Shown here: one piece after another, positions 18,501 to 24,053 of the stretch
Layout of the letters: each line of letters begins with the position of its first letter
Numbering within the stretch: position 1 is the first letter of the stretch
Source of the DNA: Flavobacteriaceae bacterium
GTDB lineage: Bacteria; Bacteroidota; Bacteroidia; Flavobacteriales; Flavobacteriaceae
NCBI GenBank assembly: GCA_965224465.1
Contig: OZ245049.1
Coordinates: 3,360,001-3,392,000, forward strand
Length of the DNA: 32,000 nt
Direction: 5' to 3'
Notes under the pieces: model-generated
What the model saw: the letters and a program-made list of their open reading frames with translations, nothing else
Told to the model about the DNA's origin: nothing
Database searches by the model: none
Program-made: the position numbers and the translations under genes

Positions 18501-20785
18501 GTAACCTTTTGGTTTATGTAGAAGCGAAGGATCCTGCTTATTGTGATGCTTTAAGTAACGGGGTAGTTATTACCTTTCCAAGTGGTGCTCTTTCTTTAAC
18601 CTTGAATGTATCTAAAAAAGAAACATGTGATCCTGGGAAAGATGGAGAAATTACTGCCATAGGTGCGTACGGATGGGGAACTTACGAGTATCAGTTAGAA
18701 TTGGGAGCTACCATTGTAGCTGCTTACAGTTCAGAAAACGTATTCAGTAATCTTAATTCAGGAACGTATACCGTAAGAGTTAAAGATAAAAAAGGCTGTT
18801 CTATTTTTAAAAGTATAGAAATTAAGCCTGCACTTCCTATTGCTGCAACAGCAAGCGCAAATAGCCTGCTTTGTTATGGTGATTTAATTGGAGTGGTTAC
18901 TGTTGTTGCCGCGGGAGGGCAAGGTGCTGGGACGTATGTCTATAGCTTGGTCGATGCAGATGGAAACCCGTCTGCTTACCAGTCGAATCCAGTGTTTTCA
19001 AATCTTGTAGCAGGGACTTATACGGTATTGGTTACGGACGACTTGTCCTGTGAGGTGATTACCTTACCCGTTACCGTTGTTGCGCCACCTATAGTGGTCG
19101 CATCAGCAAGAATTACAACAACACTCTCATGTACTGTTTCTGGTGTAATTCAGGTCACAGCTTCTGGAGGTGATGGAGGTCCTTTTAGCTATAGTAAAGA
19201 TGGTGTTACGTTTAGTAGTGTCAATACATTTACAGTGTCGCCGTTAGTATCTACTACATATCAGTATTTTGCAAAAGATCACTCGGGTTGTATCTCCTAT
19301 GTTTCAAATGGGATTACAGTGCATCCGATTGCTCCACTAAAAGTGATTATTGACGCCGTAAATGCAACCATTAGTTGTAATGGAGGTACGAGTGCTGTGA
19401 TTTCTTCGATAACATCTGGTGGAATGGGGAATTATAGCTACGAATTATTAAACGCGAATGATGTTGTGCTAGACGGACCTCAAAATTCTAGTATTTTTAC
19501 TGGATTAGGAGCAGGGATTTACAAAGTCCGTGTGAATAGTTTGGATTGTAAACAAACATCTGATCCAGTTACCTTGACGGATCCAAAAATGTTAAAATTA
19601 CCTCTGAGACCCATTTTTACAAACATTAGTTGTTATGGAGAAATTGATGGAACGATTACGGTAGATGCAGAAGGTGGTACAGGGAAGCTTATCTATAGTA
19701 TAGATCAGGTTAAATATGTGAACAGTAATAAATTCAAAGGCCTAAAAGCAGGTTTGTATAAGGTAACGGTTCAAGATGAAAACGGGTGTTATGTCAATCA
19801 AGAAATAACGATTGTGGAACCAAAACTATTAGAATTCAAATTTGGATTGATACATCAAGAAAAATGTGCCAATGATAAAGACGGTAGTATAGCAATTATT
19901 ATTACTGGTGGTACTGCTCCATATTTTACGAAGTTAAATGCTGATGGAGTATTTGTAGAAGGTAAATTGTTGTATGACAACTTAGAAGGTGGACATACCT
20001 ATGCTATTTATTTGAAAGATAGTTCAGGTTGTGATAAGAACTTAGTTGTTAAATTGGATGCGCCTGTAGATTTGAATTTTGAAACCATGATAGATTATGG
20101 TTGTGATGGAAATACGAAGATCATTGCTTCTGTAGCGCTACAATATAAAAATGAAGTTAGCTATATCATGGTAAATGATTCGAATACTCTTACCAATACG
20201 ACGGGTGTTTTTGAAAACCTAACACCAGGTACTTATTTGATAGAAGTGGAGCATGAAAATGGTTGTTCTCCTTCTCCTACTTATGTAGATGTGAAGAAGG
20301 TGCTTCCGCTTGTAGCTTCATTAGAAGAGACTTTTGTAAATACGATTACCGCCAAGGTGGAATATGGTATCCCACCGTATGAATACCGCATAGATGGTGG
20401 TGACTATGGGAATTCGAATCAATTTATTATTAATAAAACAGGTACTTATACAGTGGATGTTAGAGATTCGAGAGGTTGTATTACCAGCGCTAAAATTGAC
20501 ATGGAATTTATCACAGTGTTTATTCCTAATTTCTTTACGCCGGATGGTGATGGGAAAAATGATTATTGGTATCCGCAAAAATTAATGGCATATCCAAATA
20601 TCAAAGTCTCTATATACGATCGTTATTCTAGGTTGGTAGGAGAGTTTAGAGGCCCTCAAATTGGTTGGGATGGAAATCTAAAAGGGAAAGCATTGCCTTC
20701 TGGTGATTACTGGTATGTAATTGAGTTGGATGGATTGCAAGGAGATATACGCGAAATGATGGGTAATTTTACTCTTTACCGTTAA
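6410..20785 (+). CDS. Giant (~4790 aa) SprB-repeat cell-surface/gliding adhesin with N-terminal signal peptide, N-terminal non-repeat module, ~50 SprB-type repeats, a central jelly-roll-like insert and a T9SS type-B CTD
   Basis: Single uninterrupted 14.4 kb ORF. The track starts at GTG 6407, but ATG 6410 aligns with the ATG of paralogs at 24054 and 28355. It has a signal peptide ending LFAQ, SprB-repeat periodicity throughout, and a terminal FFTPDGDGKNDYWYP...GNFTLYR CTD. A sprF-like gene follows 16 nt downstream. Confidence 0.93.
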   Translation: MKAIVSTPNYTKFIKLHCAFLFVLLSVNFNVLFAQTAVPFSARYNKSLRGDLTMISNNILNRRDNSGGPNVPYTGSQANDRLNMRYIDVDNDSNTFSSSSATLAIPNYNTCSKVKFAGLYWGAIYRDSNRNSNFRSVKFKVPGSGSYKTVAATSVIFDTQGTFASDPYACFADVTNLVTGLTSPEGKYTVADIFANQGSKGNGAPFGGSSAGWTLIIVYENPTLPNRNITVFDGFSGVRDNSTANIPVAGFTTLPVGPVRARIAVSCLEGDLSLRGDGYSISTGQNNGTFTPLTNTINPANNFFNSSISITDRNRRSLALTRKPNCQNTLGWDSDLFNILNSGNLVIGNNETSATLRLQTSGDQYFVFQTSFIVDNIEPKIILLKTVDDGMGHDLAGKNVKLGESMWYELNFKNSGNDDAINTTIEDILPINVDLDVNSIIIPNFGVSYTHTPPTKSSAGILKFTIADALVTKGGANYRIRFKVTVKDKCNELRDACENEIKNQAFASYKGKVSKIYISDDPSFYGLDKCGIGEPGATNFLVDVKDCAFKREVVMCSGSLKLTAGSGYASYVWKTSEGKKISGGNKQSLTVTSIGIYKVYKKGATSCVDAMETITVVPFNKGYKNPLIATNSKGGYLYVDEVFICPNNGSQLSEIYLCGSDSFRDINILAERGVDFKWQKLDKSLEGDAFAKCPNLKAEDKNWTTVSSNNSFRVEDAGDYRLEVAFQNKCFVRYYFNVFKVTVKPTFEGTNINCGKDGSIAISNISIKSYEFSVVLNNEPIGKYSSKINYKITKAGTYKVYYRHKGTSIDGCVSKEIYISDNKIKVNKTVTDITCKKDKGSIRVQVSNVDGDYTFELKIWGKKKGAAIETFEPYKTSRSIKSNDYTFKDLSEGLYQVIVKTDQCLDTIKNIKIKKNDPLTLKASVSKDISCNKGEIELVAKGGKKEYSYAIHSYKLEGESVWTFIEDKKYDYKTAKVGEVFKILIKDAGTYRFIVSDHNLCTAESNTVKINKYKPEYEVTKTDIKCNFDDKYLNKEAVKEKKCKGTITIKLPKNLNGNSLSFALDDGIVGNGKYDAILSDGTYVTTAFKPKKTFPKLLAGKYTLVVRIKKGESTCYFKEGIEIKEPKNKMWGELLLMKNSCNTSACLWINDVSEIILQGGVRPFKYSIDGKDYQKSRNFPKDFYKIPAPKGLPAGDYYGYIKDANGCVFKTKKLTVKKLTPPTDLTFTETTITCPSKTTDVTISDVDGGVAPYTYKIISPVANKLDNKGEKVFKELSSGTYMFKVTDKNKCSYKESYTVNSIKSISVTGVVDNDVICKGTATGKATFTVTGITDTYSYFIDKKHKEDKIIKSKIITSGLSAGKHTIKVTDDTTKCTDTLEVTIKEPSKKISISLKVKPAITCKTDATITVTASGGAGSFEYKLKAPKGIITRYSKYSNISVFTDIKKGTYTIYVKDGKRCVSEKTIKIKPAIKPTVTISANTKCYTSKNKVTITAVGKGTSPFSYSLKGKVYQKSNIFKSNEPGDYTVTVKDKNGCTGASLPLTVYPEIKITVKFSSITACGSSTNITITAIGGDGTYTYAIVKMGIKPLDTDFSATMPIAITGKGIYDVYVKDSKGCKAFEKVTVTKDPALSVTVIAESIKCSGDVTTLKATAVGGKKEYTYSLLDADKKLIGSSQKDATFKKITKGSYFVRISDKNSCTATSIRVDVTEPIFLSAAVGVTELVSCNNNLKAEVRIANVSGGTPFASPNLYRYSFDNETTYITSNTQKLPVGMHTVFVKDKNGCKFSMEVEVAAKLTAPDYTKSLTYSCSGKGVFNVVPVDPKGLFSYTYTIDGGKSLKPNYKKIGHQFTGLKPKKYTVEMNYTSLSTPTKSVLFRETFGTGANTTNTNVGPAYCYEPQDGTGSCNFGRSINDGEYCVTQVVADPFGTWLSPNDHTKDVNGRFLVINIGNTVGANGIIYQQAVTDVIPNRDITVQLSAFNLLKSTVTGQADPNIVVQLTDAQGNVLRDASNNPIQKATKDIPKNKGVDDWNDYAMKLNPGSNTAFKIVIRSNSIVIMGNDIAIDDILAFQEPKQCPRTIELEFEVKKDKEFKVSINKSKDVTCNGGKDGSITFGVENFDPLLGYKYKTKSGSWSKAQFSNSLKVSNLAAGNHKVSFEYIEADKSKGCVVVSKSKTIEEPTAVVASAKIDVDYTCSNTGATISASATGGGGSYQYQLENLKGGIIKVYQTKDKFPDIATGSYMVRVKDGNECEDVIDKQIDIAAPTPIKFTLVQTKCYKGDNKGSIVVTVTDGNGTYEFSRNGTSFYKPNSSTPLTYAFKDLASGDYTITVRDKYGCSISKDVTIKSGLSASAGLVKDIECKKPTKGKIKITSNGGAGTKTYKWSDDAGVTWNGSNISSTSKGVFFTYGTAGSYIFKVTDASKCEVTTKKIDLTLPIQPEFTLSPTDVLCNGDNTGSIKVTIDTSKGREPKVSKVYNITLSKDLGVVKDNLLAGKYRVTVTDKKGCSFEKSITISEPKKIAATVVVNAIHCVNGKADSTGSIEINNIKGGTAPYTFDITSSTSGYTNSYKTTASENHIFSDLSFGSYNIVITDSNGCEIKIDDKKMSSPPDALDIDVSAAIVDCKKGGSVTVTVGAKVIGAKYKFGILTITKVPYASKFHFANSSTPRAFTFDGLTPGVKYTFVVQDIGNKCYYFKQMTVAIVSPSGITSTITPHPVTCTGSDDGTFDFTVKNYAIGATSVDWIVKNVFTNTDYSPVISGTLNVNPPIPGTGVSVTGKRDLPPGKYYILFTENKGANTECTKVSNEFEIKESTNSLKITAKLDKNENCNDKGIIKATATFGTSPYTYQIQLSTDPIPTFSKWTGVNTNGEFKKAKGTYKVFVKDAFNCIQVSSDVIVGLDPSPVITATPDYKDCPSEGSFKVSIKLNTAGTPPYTIQINGGAKISVSFDSSKTYVKSGLSSGKNTFEVFDANGCSEKPIEVIITAPLEFDVTVSKLLDCSTSPNAEIKITGLVGSGKYTYEIVGVETGANNQVAGTLLGSTPTIWKQANIKSEYKITIKDSNTGCSVTKSVFVNDKIKPLVDSSQGTDVTCSGVNDGSISITAKNNGVKTFTFEITAPRSIAATTSNGLTATFNKLEGSATGIVYTVKITGANGCVTNKKVTIKEPSLVSIDQIDMIQFGCTTGNSPNTASITVVKVIGGNGGSAGTYTKIEFFNSDGDPVQSGKNNTLKILYDTAKDSYDVDMGTKTPGEFTINVYDSKGCKATSTRTIKPFDAIKSVSVKVVESISCKNNGENIKINVVSSNSDFTKFKYSDDNGTTWKDSNKFNDLKVGIHYFLVRHKGTNCVFPINHQVKEPNTFTPRVKIVSQVNCKASTTGEVTFELEDALYLKGFTWEVFDTKGTLADVIDDTFVKKGTEAANGPTAIVKIAAGSYYVVITQSKIPTCNNKVYFTINEPALVLSGTRTFNPITCAGNDGKITISPKGGWKEYQYYIGDKAPSATSWVSTSSFTGLDVDTYQVWLRDKLECEVQLPDVVLKNPTAITATLDITNSNCLGTNGAVKVINVAGGAGVNYKYQLYRNGIKLGDAQSSPVFGNLTAGSYHVDVTDSWSCKGRTGKDIKLYEVLVPRIKVVKEIDCSTTNSGGSLTASVTGGSGKFNYKITLPDNSTRSNTTGVFTSLGLVGTYTIGVTDTQTKCSISKTATLALPSTVELLPSTVTNVKCYGGANGTITVNMDVATATTNNEPAYTYQIIAGPQLVALQNSPVFTGLLKGTYKIRVVSSKKCEAIITEDVKEPVVLSVKASATTFACTSNNSTNTVVLTAVAANGTGDYLYSINDVDFRSSNTFDIVDTGIDQKITVFVKDNNACTAATVTPVVIKTLPSLISIVVSQNKAISCKNPENVIVTVVGGSGNFTYELLPVGTNTKIIVSPTQDFDLSSTGSYTFKVIDNVTGCSIVSAPYDVASYDVISVETLATQSSKCFGDTNGALEFKVLNYTGDFSWRVQNLQGTVVSTGNSNTAKNPIKVSNLKGGNLLVYVEAKDPAYCDALSNGVVITFPSGALSLTLNVSKKETCDPGKDGEITAIGAYGWGTYEYQLELGATIVAAYSSENVFSNLNSGTYTVRVKDKKGCSIFKSIEIKPALPIAATASANSLLCYGDLIGVVTVVAAGGQGAGTYVYSLVDADGNPSAYQSNPVFSNLVAGTYTVLVTDDLSCEVITLPVTVVAPPIVVASARITTTLSCTVSGVIQVTASGGDGGPFSYSKDGVTFSSVNTFTVSPLVSTTYQYFAKDHSGCISYVSNGITVHPIAPLKVIIDAVNATISCNGGTSAVISSITSGGMGNYSYELLNANDVVLDGPQNSSIFTGLGAGIYKVRVNSLDCKQTSDPVTLTDPKMLKLPLRPIFTNISCYGEIDGTITVDAEGGTGKLIYSIDQVKYVNSNKFKGLKAGLYKVTVQDENGCYVNQEITIVEPKLLEFKFGLIHQEKCANDKDGSIAIIITGGTAPYFTKLNADGVFVEGKLLYDNLEGGHTYAIYLKDSSGCDKNLVVKLDAPVDLNFETMIDYGCDGNTKIIASVALQYKNEVSYIMVNDSNTLTNTTGVFENLTPGTYLIEVEHENGCSPSPTYVDVKKVLPLVASLEETFVNTITAKVEYGIPPYEYRIDGGDYGNSNQFIINKTGTYTVDVRDSRGCITSAKIDMEFITVFIPNFFTPDGDGKNDYWYPQKLMAYPNIKVSIYDRYSRLVGEFRGPQIGWDGNLKGKALPSGDYWYVIELDGLQGDIREMMGNFTLYR
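6515..7537 (+). other. N-terminal non-repeat module (~340 aa) of unknown family; contains a conserved RGD
   Basis: ARYN.SLRGD.TMISN.ILNR...YIDVD.D..TFSSSS..L.I...FAGLYWGAIY...PYACFADVT...GGWTL..VYENP....NITVFDGFSGV...GPVRARIAVSCLEGD. It is shared with D (28457-29500) and is mostly deleted in T. Confidence 0.6.
7538..7880 (+). other. DUF11-like (conserved repeat domain) Ig-like fold
   Basis: IILLKTVDDG...VKLGESMWYELNFKNSGNDDAINTTIEDILPINVDL fits the K.V....V..G....Y.....N.G...A.N..I.D.LP pattern of TIGR01451/DUF11. This is motif resemblance only. Confidence 0.45.
12026..12622 (+). other. Central non-SprB insert (~200 aa): MAM/CBM-like jelly-roll candidate ligand-binding domain
   Basis: SVLFRETFGTG...YCYEP...INDGEYCV...WLSPNDHTKDVNGRFLVINIG...IVVQLTDAQGNVL...WNDYAMKLNPG...FKIVIRSNS..IMGNDIAIDDILAFQ. 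The sequence interrupts the Cys-framed SprB periodicity. The DHT...G.FLVIN...GNDIAIDDI series resembles MAM/galactose-binding-like folds. Confidence 0.4.
20507..20782 (+). other. T9SS type-B C-terminal sorting domain of adhesin G
   Basis: FITVFIPNFFTPDGDGKNDYWYPQKLMAYPNIKVSIYDRYSRLVGEF...GDYWYVIELDGLQGDIREMMGNFTLYR. Over the final 108 residues, which include the CTD, it differs from adhesin A at 5 positions. Confidence 0.85.
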
Positions 20786-20801
20786 TTTTAATTAGAAAAT
20801 C

Positions 20802-21737
20802 ATGATGAATAAAATAGTATTCTTTGTATTAGTGTCGGGTTCTCTATTGTGTAGAGCCCAAGAGTTTAGTATGCCTTTAATGAGTCAGTATATGGCAGAA
20901 AACCCGTATGTTATTTCTCCAACATTTGCTGGGATAGGTCCCTATTTTCAACTCCGTGTAAGTGGATTGCAGCAATGGGTTGGAGTGAAGGACGCTCCAA
21001 GTACCCAATCTGTTTCTCTAGATGGACGATTTGGAGACGTGAATGGTGTTGGAATTCTTTTGTTTAATGACAGGAATGGAAACACACGACAATATGGTGG
21101 GCATATTTCCTATGCACATCACCTTACGTTAAATGAGTATAGAAATCAGTTTGTGTCCTTTGGGATGTCCTACCGATTTACCCAATTTAAAATTGATGTT
21201 ACTGGTTTTAATGGAGATGATCCTTCTGTTCATGGAGATAAATCAACACTTAATTCCAATTTTGATGTAGGGATGTTGTATCGATTTGAAAAGTTTTACA
21301 TGAGTTTAAATGTTACAAATATTTTAGATAAAAGTGCCAGAGCCTTTGCGAATGGTGAACCTCTAAAATTACGTAATTGCTCCATTTATACAGGATATAA
21401 ATTTGACAGAAACCCATACCATAAATTTGAAGTGTCTTTGTTTAGTCGTTATTTTGAAAGCGATGCACGTTCCAATACGGATCTTAACTTTAAGTATAGA
21501 AAGGTGAATGGTGATGATTATTTTTGGATGGGAGCAAGTCTCCGTATGATAAATGATTTGAATTTCAGACCTGTTAGTGTGACGCCAATGGCAGGATTTA
21601 ATCACAAACAATTTTATGTTTCTTATGGATTCGAGATGAATTTAGGAAAGATTGTCCAGTACAATATTGGAACTCATTTAATAACTCTAGGGATAGATTT
21701 TCTATACAATCCTAGTAGTAATAAGTGTACGCGTTAA
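20802..21737 (+). CDS. sprF: PorP/SprF-family T9SS membrane protein, second copy
   Basis: 311 aa, with the same 16-nt spacing after the adhesin stop. Hand alignment to the 4541-5476 product shows 13 substitutions in 311 residues (K3N, F10L, L38I, K91R, Q96R, I133V, L167M, D184N, Y193C, F198Y, G265A, V289I, K308N). Confidence 0.85.
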   Translation: MMNKIVFFVLVSGSLLCRAQEFSMPLMSQYMAENPYVISPTFAGIGPYFQLRVSGLQQWVGVKDAPSTQSVSLDGRFGDVNGVGILLFNDRNGNTRQYGGHISYAHHLTLNEYRNQFVSFGMSYRFTQFKIDVTGFNGDDPSVHGDKSTLNSNFDVGMLYRFEKFYMSLNVTNILDKSARAFANGEPLKLRNCSIYTGYKFDRNPYHKFEVSLFSRYFESDARSNTDLNFKYRKVNGDDYFWMGASLRMINDLNFRPVSVTPMAGFNHKQFYVSYGFEMNLGKIVQYNIGTHLITLGIDFLYNPSSNKCTR

Positions 21738-21786
21738 TGCCTTTGGTATAGGCAATCCCTCAAAAGAGGTCAAACGTTTGTTTATC

Positions 21787-21832
21787 GTTACTGTTTTTCT
21801 TGTCAAAACAAGAAGAACAGTAACTTTTTTTT
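21787..21832 (+). terminator. Rho-independent terminator after sprF copy 2
   Basis: GTTACTGTTTTTCTTG tcaaaa CAAGAAGAACAGTAAC followed by a T8 run. It is the paralog of 5523-5569, and the G-C to A-T change in the stem is compensated on both arms. Confidence 0.8.
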
Positions 21833-22004
21833 GAACCTCAAAAATAAGTATTGTTTTATCTATTTAGCGCATTCGGAGATAAACACTATTTATTTTAACG
21901 GAAAATGACCATTAAAAAAAGTAATAAGAATATGATTTTAAATTCATAATTAACTCCAAACTAATCAAAGTTTTCAAAACTCCATATTTCCTTTTTGTTA
22001 TCTA
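21833..22004 (+). pseudogene. Orphan leader/signal-peptide remnant L3, left part (interrupted by the IS)
   Basis: gaacctcaaaaataagtattgttttatctatttag... is homologous to L1, L2 and L4. The start-codon region is deleted (taattaactcc--aaactaatcaaag). It ends in the signal-peptide-coding stretch cctttttgttatcta at the IS junction. Confidence 0.7.
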
Positions 22005-23576
22005 CTCAAGTTTCGCACCCATCATTTACAGGTGTTTAAGTAAAAATAAATAGCATGAAAACCAAGGTAATCCCCTGGTTTTATTGTACTTTTAAGTACG
22101 AACAAGAAAGTACAAAACATGCTAGAACACGAAGATATCACAAAAACACAGGAGATAAAAGGAAAATTTAATAAGATTTGGCTTAGTTCAGAATACCTAC
22201 AAGCACATCTAAATATTTTAGGATTCAATAAAATTAAAAACAAGTTTAGTTGGTGTAAGAAATCGGGGATTTCATTCGGTAATTTAATCTCTACACTTTT
22301 AATTTTACCTATTATCGGATTTGATTCTATTCATGGACTTACAAGTAGTAAAGACAAGGGATTAGGTCAGTCGGGTAAAGATTCATACTATCGAATCCTA
22401 GCAAATCAAAAGATAAATTGGAGGGTTTTTCTAGCTCAGTTTGTGAAGCAATATCTATTAAAAGAAGAGTTCTTTACTCCATCTCAAGACGCTACAAAGT
22501 GCTTGATCTTTGACGATACTGATCTTTCTAAAACAGGAAAGACAATTGAAGGTGTTTCAAAAATATACAACCATGTGTCAAAAACGTATTACCTAGGCTT
22601 TAAGCTACTTGTAGCTGGTTATTGGAATGGAAGTGTATTTATCCCTGTTGACTTTAGTTTGCATCGTGAAAGTAAAACATCAAAATTAAAATACGGTCTA
22701 ACGGCGAAGCAACGTAGGCTTCAAAAGAAAACTCCAAGATGTAGTAAAACAATTGCAGCAAAGAGGTATCAGGAACTCAATAAAAAGAAAACAGACCTGC
22801 TAGTTCAAATGTTCTCAAGGCTTGTAAAACGTAAAATCCCCATAGATTACATCTTAATAGACACCTGGTTTACAAGTGTTAAATTACTTAGAAAGCTACG
22901 GAACATTAGTAGTTCAACTCATATTATTGGGATGTATAAATACAACAGTAAGATTGAAGTTCGATCAAAGATAAAAACGTTGTCACAACTCAAAAAACAG
23001 AAAATAAAACCAAAACGATGCCGTAAATTCAATTATTACTACCATCATTACATAACTGAAATTGATGGTCTTAAGGTTGCTGTATTTATTTCAAAACGTG
23101 GAAAGAATGGCAAATGGCACACGTTAATATCAACGGATACAACACTGAAATTTGTAAAGGCTATTGAAATATACAGTATCAGATGGTCCATAGAAGTGTT
23201 TTTTAAAGAAGCTAAGCAGTTGTTTGGTCTTGGAAAATGTCAGTCTACTAATTTCGATATTCAAATCGCACAAATAAGCATTATAATGGTTCAATATTTA
23301 CTCACCAGTATTCGATATAGAATGGAAGCCTACGAAACTATAGGAGGCTTGTTTAAAGATTTAAAACAAGATTATATAGAGAATAAGCTAAACATCAGGA
23401 TATTAGCAGTTATCAGCTTGGTGATTGACATTTTGGAAAAGATGATTGAATCTATTGATGTTGAAATGGTTACACGTAAAATAATAGCGAATATTGAAGA
23501 TTTTGGATTCCTAGTGAATACCCACAAGCTTAACTATCAAGAGGTTGCGTAAATCTATCTAAGTGCGAAACTTGAG
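22005..23576 (+). mobile_element. Complete IS4-family insertion sequence (1572 bp)
   Basis: 14-bp perfect terminal inverted repeats: CTCAAGTTTCGCAC at 22005-22018 and its reverse complement at 23563-23576. A 7-bp direct duplication TTATCTA flanks it (21998-22004 and 23577-23583). It has a single 477-aa DDE transposase ORF. Removing the IS plus one TSD copy restores a sequence collinear with the intact signal-peptide regions. Confidence 0.9.
22119..23552 (+). CDS. IS4-family DDE transposase
   Basis: 477 aa. It contains YSIRWSIEVFFKEAK, which fits the IS4-family Y-(2)-R-(3)-E-(6)-K signature. The ORF fills the element between the IRs. Confidence 0.85.
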   Translation: MLEHEDITKTQEIKGKFNKIWLSSEYLQAHLNILGFNKIKNKFSWCKKSGISFGNLISTLLILPIIGFDSIHGLTSSKDKGLGQSGKDSYYRILANQKINWRVFLAQFVKQYLLKEEFFTPSQDATKCLIFDDTDLSKTGKTIEGVSKIYNHVSKTYYLGFKLLVAGYWNGSVFIPVDFSLHRESKTSKLKYGLTAKQRRLQKKTPRCSKTIAAKRYQELNKKKTDLLVQMFSRLVKRKIPIDYILIDTWFTSVKLLRKLRNISSSTHIIGMYKYNSKIEVRSKIKTLSQLKKQKIKPKRCRKFNYYYHHYITEIDGLKVAVFISKRGKNGKWHTLISTDTTLKFVKAIEIYSIRWSIEVFFKEAKQLFGLGKCQSTNFDIQIAQISIIMVQYLLTSIRYRMEAYETIGGLFKDLKQDYIENKLNIRILAVISLVIDILEKMIESIDVEMVTRKIIANIEDFGFLVNTHKLNYQEVA

Positions 23577-23700
23577 TTATCTATTAATTTTAGTCTGCTC
23601 TTTGCTCAAAAAGTTGTGCCTTTTATGGCTCGATTTAACGTGAGTCTCCCTGATAATTTAAAACATACTTTCTATAGTATGCTGATAGGAGTACTTAGAA
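23577..23700 (+). pseudogene. Orphan leader/signal-peptide remnant L3, right part
   Basis: ttatctattaattttagtctgctctttgctcaaaaagttgtgcc...gtgagtctccctgataattt is homologous to 6484-6600 of G. It ends at ...gctgataggagtactta, the same junction as L1 (...cctgagtagtagtactta). Confidence 0.7.
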
Positions 23701-23738
23701 TGGTTCTTGTTGAGGTACTTTATAGATTAATGATGTTG

Positions 23739-23876
23739 TACTGGGAAATTGACTGAAAATCTGGGGAGAAAACCCTGTGGTAGTTCATATAATTGTATGT
23801 ACATATGCAAAAAAAAATAATGCAGATATGTTTTAAATAAATTAGAGAACAATGTATTATTTGTAAATTATTTTGT
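23739..23876 (+). promoter_or_regulatory. Conserved upstream block U (copy 2)
   Basis: Homologous to 6101-6234. It carries an A9 run (23809-23817) where copy 1 has aaaagaaa. Copy 1 has a T8 run (6187-6194) where copy 2 has atatgtttt. Confidence 0.3.
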
Positions 23877-24053
23877 GAACCCCAGAAATAATTACTGTTT
23901 TATCTATTTAGTGCATTCGAAGGGTAAGATGCTTGTATCTAGCTCCTATTATTCGAATATAAACACGACTTATTTTAAAGGAAAAATGAATAATGACCAT
24001 TAAAAATAAGTGATAGAAATATAATTTTAAACTCGTAATTAAATCCTTTGTTA

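Noticed and set aside
16259-20785. Diversity-generating retroelement idea (template and variable repeat) for the two 4.5 kb adhesin 3' blocks
   Set aside because: Differences between the copies involve all four bases and all codon positions (for example cat/aaa, gca/tca, gtt/gct, cca/cct) and show no adenine-specific pattern. No reverse transcriptase gene is present in the window.
6410-20785. Regular ~240-300 nt periodicity that could suggest a CRISPR array or tandem DNA repeats
   Set aside because: The periodicity is at the protein-domain level (SprB repeats) inside one continuous ORF. The units are diverged, there is no spacer/repeat architecture, and there are no cas genes.
22022-22243. 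73-aa minus-strand ORF at the left end of the IS
   Set aside because: It overlaps the transposase 5' end in antisense and has no recognisable features. IS4-family elements encode a single transposase.
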